Below are positions 25,094-38,298 of a stretch of 64,000 bases of DNA, in pieces (within the stretch, counting starts at the first letter, position 1; each line of letters begins with the position of its first letter). The notes below the pieces were generated by a model. It was given only the letters and a program-made list of their open reading frames with translations, had not been told where the DNA came from and searched no databases. The DNA comes from Octopus vulgaris (lineage: Eukaryota), in assembly GCA_951406725.2 (NCBI GenBank), contig OX597840.1:11594001-11658000 (forward strand). The letters are read 5' to 3'. The position numbers were made by a program, and so were the translations under genes.

Positions 25094-26159
25094 CGTTTCT
25101 AAAATAGACACAAGACCTGGAATTTTGTGGGAGGGGACAAATCAATTACATCCACCCCAGTACTCAACCACTACTTAATTTATCGACCCCCAAAAGGAGA
25201 AAAAGTAAAGTCAAACTTGGTGGAATTTGAACTCAGAATGTAATGGCAGACAAAATACTGCTAAGCATTTCGCCTGGCATGCTAACGACTCTGCCAACTC
25301 GTTACCTTAATAATAATAATATTAATGATGGTTTCTAAATTAAGTGAAGGGCCAACAACTTTGGGGCAAATGAGCTAGTTGATTAAATAGACCCCCAGTA
25401 TTTTACTGGTACTTGATCTTATCAATCTTGAATGGACAAAAAGTAGTAAAGCTGACAGGTAAATATATAAAAGTGAATCTAAAGTAAAATTTTTTTAAAA
25501 AAGTTTAATCCAAGATTAATTATAATCAGGAAAGCATGTGGCATAGAAGTTAAAGTGTTACACTGATGCCCATAAGCTCGCCGTTTCAATTCCTGGAATA
25601 GGTGGTACGTTGTGTTCTTGAGAAAAAAACCCACTTAATTTCACATTGCGCCATTCCACTCAGTTGTCGATGAGTAACCCTACGATGGACTAGCATCCTA
25701 TCCAGGGGGAATGTTGTGATCTTGGTCCCTTAGATGCAGCAGAAACCAGGGAATCAGCCCAATGAGTTGTAGAACTCGAGACAGTATTGTTCAAGAGTTG
25801 TTGTTGATGATGATGATGATAACTCTGATCAAGGATATCTATAATCAATGACATTCCAACCATGACCAACTTGTGGGACCTAAGATTAAAGCAGAGGTTT
25901 TTGTTTTTGTTAATTGCTTCATCGGAAATTGAAGGGCAGCACCCACGACTGGTTCCCAAGTTTTTGAGAATGCTGAAAGTTCAAGAGAAAGAAACTTCAA
26001 ACCATGGATTCCTGTAACTTAGAGTTTCCCAACCATTTTCACCACTGGAGCCCTTCGATCCCGGTTTTATTCTACTGGACCCTCCTAGCCATTTTATATT
26101 TTAAGAACCCTATTATATTTTCAGAATCAAAAATTATTAAGGATTGTATTTAAAAAAAG

Positions 26160-26790
26160 AATTAGAAAATTACTATTTTTGAAATCTCACAACGAGAGAT
26201 ATTCAGCAACAGTACTTTGGAGTAAAGATTATTTGCCAACATAACATGGCAGTCCTGGTTTAGGATGAATGTTGCAGTAACTTAGCCCCTGAAGACGTAC
26301 TCTCCAGTGGGCTATACGACACGATCTGTGTCCTTATATTTTCGAACAAGGGAATCTGGCACCCCCACTCAGCTCAAAACAATATCTGTGTATCGTGATT
26401 CCTGGGTTATTTCCCTTCATCAGCACAGAATAACTGCTCGGCTAGAGATGGCGCTACCAAATTCCCTGTTCGAAATGTATAGTTTTCAAAGTGACAACTA
26501 GTCACTGATTTATAAATTAGAAAATTACTATTTTAAAATCTCACAACGAGAGATATTCAGCAACAGTACCTTGGAGTAAAGATTGTTTGCCAACATAATG
26601 AGGCAGTCCTGGTTTAGGACGAATGTTGCTGTAATTTAGCCCCAGGAGACATCCTCTCCAGCTGGCTATACAACGTGGTCTGTGTCTGTATGGCTAGCTG
26701 GAGATGATGTCTCCTGGGGCTAAATTACAGCAACATTCGTCCTAAACCAGGACTGCCATGTTATATTGGCAAATAATCTTTACTCCAGAA
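26160..26790. mobile_element. Penelope-like repeat: tandem copy plus foldback, with a degenerate hammerhead
   Basis: Direct duplication at ~26160/26515 and an inverted repeat at 26573-26786. Minus-strand CTGTG-CTGATGA-AGGG..CCC-AGGAATCACGATA-CACAG at 26386-26428. A related sequence lies at 62822-62950. Confidence 0.55.
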
Positions 26791-27317
26791 ACAAAATTGT
26801 TAAAATATTTTGAATACTGTTTCTCGGTCAAGTGTAAAAGTTATTTATTCTCATTCAGGTAGAATATTTGGGCTTGGTATGGCTGATTTAATTGCTAAAG
26901 GGTTAAACTGTCTAAGTGGCTGAGTACTCCACAGACATCCATACCATTAGCATAATTGGTTTTACTCTAATTTATATTTGGAGTGGCTGTGTGGTAAGTA
27001 GCTTGCTAACCAACCACATGGTTCCGGGTTCAGTCCCACTGCGTGGCATCTTGGGCAAGTGTCTTTTGCTAAAGCCCTGGGCCGACCAATGCCTTGTGAG
27101 TGGATTTGGTAGATGGAAACTGAAAGAAGCCTGTCATATATGTATATATATGTGTGTGTGTATGTGTTTGTGTGTCTGTGTTTGTCCCCCTAGCATTGCT
27201 TGACAACCGATGCTGGTGTGTTTACGTCCCCGTAACTTAGTGGTTCGGGGTCGATTTGCTCGACTAAAGGCAGTGCTCCAGCATGGCCACAGTCAAATGA
27301 CTGAAACAAGTAAAAGA

Positions 27318-27365
<48 letters not shown>

Positions 27366-28104
27366 TTATGTTTGTGAGTCTGTGTTTGTCCCCCCAACAT
27401 TGCTTCACAACCGATATTGGTGTGTTTACATCCCCGTAACTTAGCGGTTCGGCAAAAGATACTGATAGAATAAGTACTGGGCTTACAAAGAATAAGTCCC
27501 AGGGTCGATTTGCTCGACTAAAGGCAGTGCTCCAGCATGGCCGCAGTCAAATGACTGAAACAAATAAAGGAGTTAAGACACATTTTGCTAAACTTCATAT
27601 CAATTCTATGAGGGAGTATCTACATGTCTACCAGGTCAGCTAGAAATAACAGCTAAATCTCTATGCTGAAAAGACTGTAATATTAGATAACGAAGTCCAA
27701 GATACACTAAAGATGGAATAAACATGGCTTAAATGCCTTTGATCACAGATCTACTCACCCAGAGATAACCCAGGGTTAAATAACAGCTAAACTAGAATTA
27801 CACAATAACTATAATCGCTGCACCAACCTAGATCTTTCACATTAGTCTAGGAAGTAGCTATTGTCATTATTATTTAGTCATTGTCAGCGTATGATGACGA
27901 AGACTAGCGTTTGTCATTCCTTCCTGCATTAGCCAAACATAGGAACCACAAAAAAAATAAAGAGGTGGAAACAAGTTTGACCTCGTTTGACCTTATCTGA
28001 CATTGTTTGACAGGCTTCTGTGGCGGCACCGAAATATCAGGAAGGATTGGTTAAAGTAGGACTTCAACATCACACATACACATGTGTGTATGTATGTATG
28101 TATG

Positions 28105-28151
<47 letters not shown>

Positions 28152-28244
28152 CATTTAAATATACGATAAAATCTTTAGAAGAATTTATCAAGTAGTTAGC
28201 GTGAAAAATTTCATAAGGGAAAAATTTATTAATTATCCTTATAA

Positions 28245-28276
<32 letters not shown>

Positions 28277-28692
28277 TTTGCTGTTGCATATATATATATA
28301 TATATATATTAAGGGCATTACTATACATAAATGCCTCACACTAGGAGGGACTCTTAAAGTCAAAAACCTTAAGAGTCCCTCCTAGCGTGAGGCATTCATG
28401 TATAGTAATGCCCTTAATATATATATTTATATATATATACATATTCACATGCATATATACACATATGTTTTTCGAGTTTTGCGTAGATATAGCAATACTG
28501 ATAACCTGATGTCAGAACTCAATATACATAGGTACTGGAGTGGCTGTGTGGTAAGTAGCTTGCTTACCAACCACATGGTTCCGGGTTCAGTCCCACTGCG
28601 TGGCACCTTGGGCAAGTGTCTTCTACTATAGCCTCGGGCTGACCAAAGCCTTATGAGTGGATTTGGTAGACGGAAACTGAAAGAAGCCCGTC

Positions 28693-28748
<56 letters not shown>

Positions 28749-29914
28749 ATATGCATGTATATATGTATGTATATATATATGTATGCATATATATATATGT
28801 GTGCATGTGTGTGTATATGCTTGTGTGTCTGTGTCTGTCCCCCCCACCATCGCTTGACAACCGATGCTGGTGTGTTTACGTCCCCTTAACTTAGCGGTTC
28901 GGCAAAAGACACCAACAGAATAAGTACTAGGCTTACAAAGAATAAGGTCTGGGGTCAATTTGCTTGACTAAAGGCGGTGCTCCAGCATGGCCACAGTCAA
29001 ATGACTGAAACAAATAAAAGAATATGATTCAAAAATTACCTAAATGACAAGAGAACAAAAAATTATGTAATGAACCTCATTAGCTTACAGTTGTTTCTGC
29101 TATAAGATGCAGTGCACCCAGAGTTGAGAGCTTGTGCATCAGCTTGCAGCTTTTCCAGAACTTCTAAAATGAAATTATTACACACACACATGCTAATATC
29201 AAACAGTGAGAATGAGTGCTGAACACCACATTGCTGGATAAATATTTTTTATTTGTAAGATAATGAAGCTACCATTGGTTTCATGCAGTGGATTCTCTGC
29301 AATTATCTAACCTGCCACATTAGGATATTGGTACTCATCTCCATTTTGGTATTCAAGGTGGATGTGGATACCGATGTCACCATGTGACAAGTTCAATAAT
29401 TACTGAGAATTCTCAGCATGAAACTAATTGTAGGTTCGTTAACCGAGAAATAATTTACACACAAACACATACACACATACTAGACATGCTGGAAGTAGCA
29501 GCCAAATCTCCCTCAACTTATACTCTACCATCTTGGATAAAGAAGAATGCGGTGCAGAACGAAGTGCAGTTACAAATAGGATGATCAAAAGACGGAATGG
29601 TCAGCGCTGGATGTCTTTGACCCATTGGTCTGCTTGCTCATGAAAGCTGGAATCGAACAAGAACAGCAACAACAACAGCAGACAAAACTAATGCAAACAT
29701 CAATAGAAGCAACGGCAGATAAAACAGCTGTGAGGGCAAAAATCATACAGACAACAACAACAACAGTATCCATAGTTATAACAACAACCACAACAACAAC
29801 AGCAACATCAGCATCAATATGGTTGGAAATGCGAGAGGAAACATATACAAAACCAAAACAAAACTGCAAATCAGTGGTTCTCTAATGGTGTGCCATGTGG
29901 AGTCTCTAGGAGTG

Positions 29915-30640
29915 CTGCAAGGAGTCTTTAGATGTACCCCAAGATCTTTTCGAGAGTTGCCCAAAGGTGTACTTCAAGATCTTTCTTGGTGTACTCCAAA
30001 GGGTTTCTCAATGTGCCACAAACAGGATCTAAATGTGCCTCAAGGGATATCTAGGTGTGCCGCAAGGAGTCTTTAGGTGTACCCCAAGATCTTTACGAGA
30101 GTGCCTCAAAGGTGTACTTCAAGATCTTTCTTGGTGTACTCCAAAGGGTTTCTCAATGTGCCACAAACAGTATCTAAATGTGCCTCAAGGAATATCTAGG
30201 CGTGTCGCAAGGAGTCTTTAGATGTACCCCAAGATCTTTTTGAGAGTGCCCCAAAAGTGAACTTCAAGATCTTTCTTGGTGTACTCCAAAGGGTTTCTCA
30301 ATGTGCCACAAACAGGATCTAAATGTGCCTCAAGGGATATCTAGGTGTGCCGCAAGGAGTCTTTAGGTGTACCCCAAGATCGTTTCGAGAGTGCCCCAAA
30401 GGTGTACTTCAAGATCTTTCTTAATGTACTCAAAAGGGTTTCTCAATGTATCACAAAAATTATCTAAATGTGCCTCAAGGGATATCTAGGCGTGCCGCAA
30501 GGAGTCTTTAGATGTACCCCAAGATCTTTTTGAGAGTGGCCCAAAGGTGAACTTTAAGATCTTTCTTGGTGTACTCCAAAGGGTATCTCAATGTGCCACA
30601 AAAGGTATCTAAATGTGCCTCAAGGGATATCTATGCGTGC
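29915..30640. repeat. 145-bp tandem repeat (~5 units)
   Basis: GCAAGGAGTCTTTAG recurs at ~29917, 30062, 30207, 30352 and 30497. Confidence 0.9.
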
Positions 30641-31744
30641 CATAAGGAGTATCTGTGTTCTACGAGGAGTCTCTCAATGTGCCACATGGTGTTCCTAGGT
30701 GTACCACAAGAAGTGTCACTATATTCTATAAGAGGTACCTTGGTGTGCCATAACAGGTACCTATTTCTTTACTACCCACAAGGGGCTAAACACAGAGGGG
30801 ACGAACAAGGACAGACAAACGGATTAAGTCGATCATATCGACCCCAGTGTGTAACTGGTACTTAATTTATCGACCCCGAAAGGATGAAAGGCAAAGTCGA
30901 CCTCAGTGAAATTTGAACTCAGAACGTAATGGCAGACGAAATACCCGGCGTGCTAACGTTTCTGCCAGTGTGCTATAAGGGGTATCTTCGTGTACCTAAA
31001 GGGGTGCTTTGGTTGGCTAAAAGATATCACTAGGTGTACGACAAACTTTTAAAAAACATATTTTATAAACTCCATACAAAATGTTTGAGCAAGTTGCAAA
31101 TGAGTTATTCATAATTTCATTACACACGAATGGGATTAATAACAGAAAACCAAAGAAAAATGTTATGAATATTTTTTGGAATGACGTATCACTAGTGTTG
31201 GTGGAATGTAAAAAGCACCCGTTGCACTCTGTAGAATGGTTGGTGTCAGGAAAGGCATCCAGTTGTAGAAATCATGCCAGAGCTTAAAATGAAGAACTTG
31301 GCACAGTCTTCTGGATGACCATCGCCTGTTGGACCATTCATCATACACCAGCATCAAAGATGGACAATAAATAATGATGGTGATGATATTTACGTATATA
31401 AATATATATACTTTATTTAAAGCAGCAGAAAATTCAACAAAACTTGTTACTCTGAGTTTCCCGTTGCCGATGGACGGCAACGGGAAACTCAGAGTAACAG
31501 GTTTTGTTGAATTTTCTGCTGCTTTAAATAAAGCATATTACTCTACCTCTGGTATTTGAGTACTCTTTTTCCACCTTGTTTCACATTTATGTGTTTACTC
31601 CGGTATAAATATATATATATATACATATACATACATGTATATATGTATGTATATATATATGTAAACATAGATATATATATATATACATACATACACACAC
31701 ATGTATATATGTATGTATATATATATGTAAACATAGATATATAT

Positions 31745-31789
<45 letters not shown>

Positions 31790-31970
31790 CATATACACAT
31801 ATATATACACACACACACACAAACATATACTCTTGTGGTTAAGAAGCTTTCTTCCCAACCGTGTGTCCTTGGGTTCAGTCCTACTGCGTGGCACCTTGGG
31901 TAAGTGTCTTCTACTATAGCACTGGGACAACCAAAGCCTTGTGAGTGGATTTGGTAGACAGAAACTATTT

Positions 31971-32003
<33 letters not shown>

Positions 32004-32136
32004 GGTATGTGGTGTAGTGGTTAGGGTAGTCAGCTCCTGTTAACAATGTCATGTGTTCAAATCAGTAAGCAGAGACATTAAGTCCATTACTAGTGAATGT
32101 GTGTGTATGTATATATAAACAAATATGTGCTTAAAT

Positions 32137-32170
<34 letters not shown>

Positions 32171-32187
32171 CTCGTTCCATAATGGCT

Positions 32188-32257
32188 ATCTCTGATGAGT
32201 GTAGTGTTACATAATCGGATTGTTACCTAACACTCCTTTGAAACCAACTGGTAAGAC
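32188..32257 (+). ncRNA. Partly degenerate hammerhead motif
   Basis: TCT-CTGATGA..AGTGTTA..TAACACT..GAAAC-CAACTG-GTA-AGA. The base of stem II is mismatched. Confidence 0.5.
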
Positions 32258-32299
32258 TGGCCACAATGGATACATAACACTGTACATTTCGGATAATAT

Positions 32300-32357
<58 letters not shown>

Positions 32358-32604
32358 TGTTGTTATTATGCAAAAGCGTCGTATGTCCAAAAAGTTGCTT
32401 TTTCAGAAAAGGGAAAATTAGTTTCACCATTCCATAGCAAAACCGTGGTATTACACTTTGACAATTTTTGATATCTTGGCATCTGAAGCAGCTGGAGATA
32501 CGATAGTTTGACCAAAAGAAGCGGCTATTGCAAGGCAAAAATAAATATTGAAGAAAAAAAATGCATTTGGCCAAATTTGGACATACGACACTTAAACAGA
32601 ATAG

Positions 32605-32649
<45 letters not shown>

Positions 32650-32832
32650 ATGGTATTATTAAAATACCATCACAAGTGGTAAGCGAATTAATAGAATATA
32701 TACATATAGTATTAGTTATGTACATATATACATAAGGGTACTACATGAGTACCTATATCACCAATGATATCATTGGGGATATAGGTACTCATGTAGTACC
32801 CTTATGTATATATGTACATATCTAAAACTGTA

Positions 32833-32874
<42 letters not shown>

Positions 32875-33449
32875 GGGTTCTTGAAGCGGTACCACCATGC
32901 CAAAAATAGCAGTCAAAACTGACTCAAAAACCATATCACATATTCTGGCATGGTGGTACCTCTTCAGGACCCTTAATTAGAATTGTAATTATATTATTAC
33001 ATATCTATAATAATAATTACCTATAAGGTTGTTTTTTTTCCATGCTGGCCACTTGAAAGGGTCGTTATTTTAAATAATAATGGTCTTATCCTATGGGGTC
33101 AGTATGGAGGAGGGGGGGTCATTTGGCAGAAATTTGCAACCCAATCTGCAAGGGATCCCATTCTGACATAGCAAGGAAGGGTAGTCGGGTGTGGGGTGGA
33201 GGAGTGATGAATAGGAAATGTTGGTCGTCAGCATCAGGAGAGTCTTCATCTCTGAAGATGATGTTGATGATGATGATGATGGCTATTGTCATCACTATTG
33301 TCATCATCTTTATCGTTGCCGTCATCGTAGACATATTCGGCATCAGTAGAGAGACTTGCCTAAGAATCACCGGGAAGGACTTTACTTTTGGTCAATAACA
33401 ACATTTGCTGAGGCACCCCTATTATCAGCAGCAGCAGCAGCAGCGATCT

Positions 33450-33850
33450 TATCCATCATCGTCATCATCATCATCATTGTCGTCATCATCGTCATCATCA
33501 TCATCATTGTCGTCATCATCGTCATCATCATCATCATTGTCGTCATCATCGTCATCATCATCGACATCATCATCATCGTCATTGTCGTCATCATCGTTGT
33601 CGTCGCCATCATCATCATCGTCATCATCATCGTCGTCGTCGTCATCATCATCATCGTCATCATCATCATCACCACCATCGTCGTCGTCATCATCATTGTC
33701 GTCGTCGTCATCGTCATCATCGTCGTCGTCATCATCATCATCGTCGTCGTCATCATCATCGTCGTCATCATCATCATCGTCGTCGTCATCATCGTCGTCA
33801 TCCTCATCATCATCGTCATCGTCATCATCATCATCGTCATCATCTTCATT
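33450..33850. repeat. (CAT/CGT)n trinucleotide array
   Basis: Directly visible. A counterpart lies at 37805-38000. Confidence 0.95.
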
Positions 33851-34237
33851 TGTTAAAATTCCTTAAGTATCATGACCATCTCTATCTCGCTCTCCTCCTC
33901 CAATTAGTAACCCAGTCCCATGGTGGTAATATTAGTAACCACGACAACAACATCAACAACAACAACAACAACAGCAGCAATCAATAACCCTTCCGCCCCA
34001 CCACGCCACTCCCACCGGACTCCTTAGTGGCAGCAAAGACAGGAATTATTAATATTTTCCCTATTCTGCCCTTCCCCTTTTTTGGATGGCCCCCATGCTG
34101 CCAACACAATCCACAACCCCATCTTCTGTGTGAGGGGTGGCCCATGGTGGCAATATTAGTAACATAGACAGCAGCAGCGACAGCAGCAGCAGGAAGAGAA
34201 CACACTGACAAAATAGGAATTGGTGTTGTTTACTCAC

Positions 34238-34264
34238 TTGGACATCTTTCATAGAATACTCCTG
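34238..34264 (-). CDS. Candidate 24/27-nt microexon (copy A, NAGNAG acceptor)
   Basis: gttatattttcag|cag|GAGTATTCTATGAAAGATGTCCAA|gtgagt. Phase 1 gives VFYERCP with no stop. Confidence 0.5.
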
Positions 34265-34904
34265 CTGAAAATATAACAATTACTAGTTTGGTGAGAGAGG
34301 AGGAGGTGGGAGGTGGTAGGAGGATGGTGTGGGAGGTGAGAGGTGGGAAGAGGTTGTGGGAGGTGACAGGAGGAGGATGTTGGAGGAGGAGCATGTGGCA
34401 AGTGGGAGGAAGAGGATGTGGGATGTAGGAAGAGGGTTGTGGGATGAGGATGTGGGATATGAGAAGAAGGTTGTGGGAAGAGGATTGTGGGAAGAGATGT
34501 GGGAGATAGGAGGATGTAGAAGTGGGAAGAGACGTGGGAAATGGGAGGGTGTGGAAGTGGGAAGAGGGTGTGGGAGAGTGGGATGTGAGAGGAGGAGGGA
34601 CGAGTGTAAGAGGAGGTATAGGAGAATGAGGGGGAGGATGTGGGAAGTGAATGATGGTGTAGGCGGAGGAGGAGAATGATGTGGAAGGAGGGGAGGAGGA
34701 TGTGCTGCTGCTGGTGGTGAGGAGGAGGAAGATGGGGCATTGGTGGTGGGAAGAAGAGAAAGAGAAGTGAGAGGGAAAGCTGAAAGAGAAGGAGGAAGGG
34801 GAGAAGGGAGGAGTAGTGGGAAGCAGTGAGCATGTGGGTGTGTGAGGGGTGGGGTTGAAGCAGGTAGGTGACAGGAAGGTTGTGGCAGGAGAAGAAAGTG
34901 GGAG

Positions 34905-34940
<36 letters not shown>

Positions 34941-36419
34941 CTTAAGGAAGTGTTGGAAGGGGAAGGGGAAGGTAAAAGAGAAAGGAGTGAGGAGAAAGGG
35001 TCAGTTTTGGAAGGACCCGAGCAAAAACTGTTTGAAAAGTGTATAAAAGAGACACACAGAACAGAAACAGAAGTTGTTATATTCAAAGCTGTTTAGTCAA
35101 GAATCCAGAAACCTTTGAAAAGAAAATCAATCAATTCCTTGACTTAGATTTTTTTTTATTGATCTCAAATATTGAACTGCAACAGTCATGGTACCAGGGT
35201 ACCGTCTTCAAGGAATTTGGTTTATCGTATTGGTTTTGGTACTTTTTTTTATTGATCTCTAAGTATATATTGGATTTTGCATTTTCTGTCTCTGTTAATT
35301 GCTTGTAGGGATGAAAACATTCAGTGTGTTGCACAAAAATACCTTGTGGTGTTTGGTTGTATGAGTTATACCCCTTTATGCTAGCTCTTTTATTCATTAC
35401 AAGGTCTTTAAGGCAGTTAATGGACAAATCCCTGTGATTAGTCAATATAACTAACTAAAACACTTGAATGAGGTGAGTGCCCCAGCATGGCCACACAATG
35501 TAAAACAAAAAAAATATAGTAAGTGTAGAATCCATTTTGTTAAGTCTGTTTGAGTTTGTTAAGAAGCAATTTGAGAGGATGTGCAGATAAAATTGACTCA
35601 GTTGGTGCTTGTGATTAATGAGTAAAGATTAGTGATTAGTGATGATTGAGAAAGATTTGATATTTTGGTAAATGTTTCTTATAAAGTAAGCAAAGGCATT
35701 GACTTGAAGTTTATTACTGGAATTTCCAAATTTTCCCTTGTGCCTTGACTTTCCCCTAAACTTTTTTTATTTTTATTTACCATTGAAAAATTGTTGAAAC
35801 CGGTTTGGTATTTTCATAAATCTGTTACAAAATATAAAAACTACTATACATTTTAAAACTCAGGTGCATTATTGACCCCCATAACTAACACCCCTGTGTG
35901 GGAATGTACCTCTTTTCTCCACACTCACACACACACAATTACTGTTGTATTAACAGTGTTTCATTTCATTGCTATCAGATGCAATAGAATACATCTACAG
36001 ATATATCTAAAGAATACATTTGTATATACGAAATTCTTACAAACAGAAGAGTTAATATAATAATAATTTAATACTCAAACTAGTTGACAAGAAAGTATTC
36101 TATATGCCAATTGATGTACCCAATTTCACTAAGCCTATGATAATAATCACATTTGTAGTTTTATAAACAATATGTTCATGGATAGTAGAAGTGGGTACTC
36201 AGTTGCTGATTAAATTCTAATCAAGGACTAAACCATGCATGTCTGGCGAGTGTTCAACTGATATTTTATAAATAAAGTATTGCTTACATTCATCATGTTA
36301 TAGTGATAGCTAAGGAGTCTATAGATATATTCTGGTTAGGCAGAAAAAGATAATCTTGACTGGGAAGAAAGATCGGTGCAGCTTAATATCGGAAGATATT
36401 AAGCGACTAGAATCCTTCG

Positions 36420-37140
36420 TGTTCGAAGGCATCACTTTGTCTCCAACAATTCGGTGCGACACCAGTGCAAAATCACCTCCCTCCGACAAGTCATCCTTAC
36501 GAGACATCTGCGTTGGCTGGGTCATGCCCTCCGTCGTCAACCAGGAGAATTCATCTATGAAGCAATTGCCCCAGCTCCCTTTCAGGGTTGGCAAACGCAA
36601 TGTGGTGGACAACGAAAAACCTGGCTGATGACAGTCAAGGCTGATCTGGAACCCAACCTATGAAGCAATTGCCCCAGCTCCCTTTCAGGGTTGGCGAAAG
36701 CGATGTGGTGGACAATGAAAAACCTGGCTGATGACAGTCAAGGCTGATCTGGAACCCAACCCACGTAGCAATTGCCCCAGCTCCCCTTCAAGGTTGGCGA
36801 AAGTGATGTGGTGGACAACGAAAAACCTGGCTGATGACAGTCAAGGCTGATCTGGAACCCAACCCACGTAGCAATTGCCCCAGCTCCCCTTCAAGGTTGG
36901 CGAAAGTGATGTGGTGGACAACGAAAAACCTGGCTGATGACAGTCAAGGCTGATCTGGAACCCAACCTAGGCCCCCATATCTACGGCGTTCACCGCTGAA
37001 ATAAGGAGTGATTGGAGATCACGCAGTCATTAGCCTCAAATCACCAGGCCTGGTCGGCATTTGTGAGAGATGCAGCATTGAGGATGAATGAAGCCAGCTC
37101 AACCCACCCCAGGTGAATGCTGTCTCAAGACAAGACAAGA
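36420..37140 (+). mobile_element. RTE-type LINE 3' fragment with a 4x103-bp internal tandem repeat and (CAAGA)n tail
   Basis: RHLRWLGHALRR..GGQRKTWL.TVKADLEP..AWSAFVRDA. Repeat units start at 36561, 36664, 36767 and 36870. Confidence 0.8.
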
Positions 37141-38274
37141 AGGGAAGATGCAGTCGAACCTTTGAGTAGGAAAGGGCCAAATATCAAAACCTTCAGCAGG
37201 ATTGTAGGGAGAAAGTATGGCAGGCATGGCTGTCGTCAGTCAAAGATGGTTATAGAGGATTCTTGGCCCTGTTAGTATGGAGAATGTTTACAGATATTGG
37301 AATAAAAAGAAGAAAGAAGGCAGCTATGTGCAAGATGAGAGAGGCCACAGAAAGGGTTTCTTAACAGTTATAGAGTAAAAGAGAAAGAGAGAGAGAGGAG
37401 GGGAAAAGCTAGACTGGAAGCCAGGAGGAGATGATGAGCAGTGATTTGGCCATCATTGCTGACCCACGAATGGGAAGGTGTTAGGGTTTAGGATTAAAAC
37501 ACCCGATGACCATTGGTCATCATCTAATAACACCAACTCCTCCTGGTCAAGGATAAGATAAAGTAGAGTCCTCAGGTGCTTCTTCCGTGGAGTCCTTTCA
37601 GTAGGCAACCGTTATCTAATTTTCCGGATGGATTCCCAAGAGTAACCAGCCGAGACTATGGATGATATCATCCCACTCCAATCTCGCTCCATGGTCAATC
37701 CCTGGATCTCTCCTGCTGGTTTCCTTCGGCTTCAAGAATTCCACCTTGTGATTCTTTTCTGTGACCATTCTCATCACATGACCACAACACTAGAGCTGTG
37801 GCCTTTCATCATCATCATCATCATCACCATCATATTCAACATCATCGTTGTCATCATCATCATCATCATCGTTGTCATCATCATCATCATCATCATATTC
37901 AACATCATTGTTGTCATCATCATCACTGTCATATTCAACATCCTTGCTGTCATCATCATCATCATATTCAACATCATCGTCATCATCATCATCGTCATCA
38001 GTGGCCCTACTCCCCTCCCCCCACTCAGACTCCAAACTTAAGTCAGTCCATCGTTGTTGCTATTGGCAACAATAACTGCCCCGCCCACCCATATGCCCCC
38101 CCCCCCATCTCTAGGTCCCATGGAAGCAACAGCAGCAATAGCAGCGTCGACAGCAATCAGTAAGGCTTTCCTGCTCCCCCCTCCACCCACCTCTTTTCTG
38201 TCAGAGGCCCCGTGGTGGCAATATTAGTAACAAGAGCGGCAGCAGGAAGAGAACACAGATAAACATTTACTCAC

Positions 38275-38298
38275 TTGGGTATTTTTCAAAGAAAACTC
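38275..38298 (-). CDS. Candidate 24-nt microexon (copy B)
   Basis: gttatattttcag|GAGTTTTCTTTGAAAAATACCCAA|gtgagt. Phase 1 gives GVFFEKYP with no stop. Paralogous to 34238-34261. Confidence 0.5.

Noticed and set aside
36620-36960. Repeated CTGATGA motifs suggesting tandem hammerheads
   Set aside because: They are part of the RTE coding sequence (WLMT), with no GAAA core or pairing stems.
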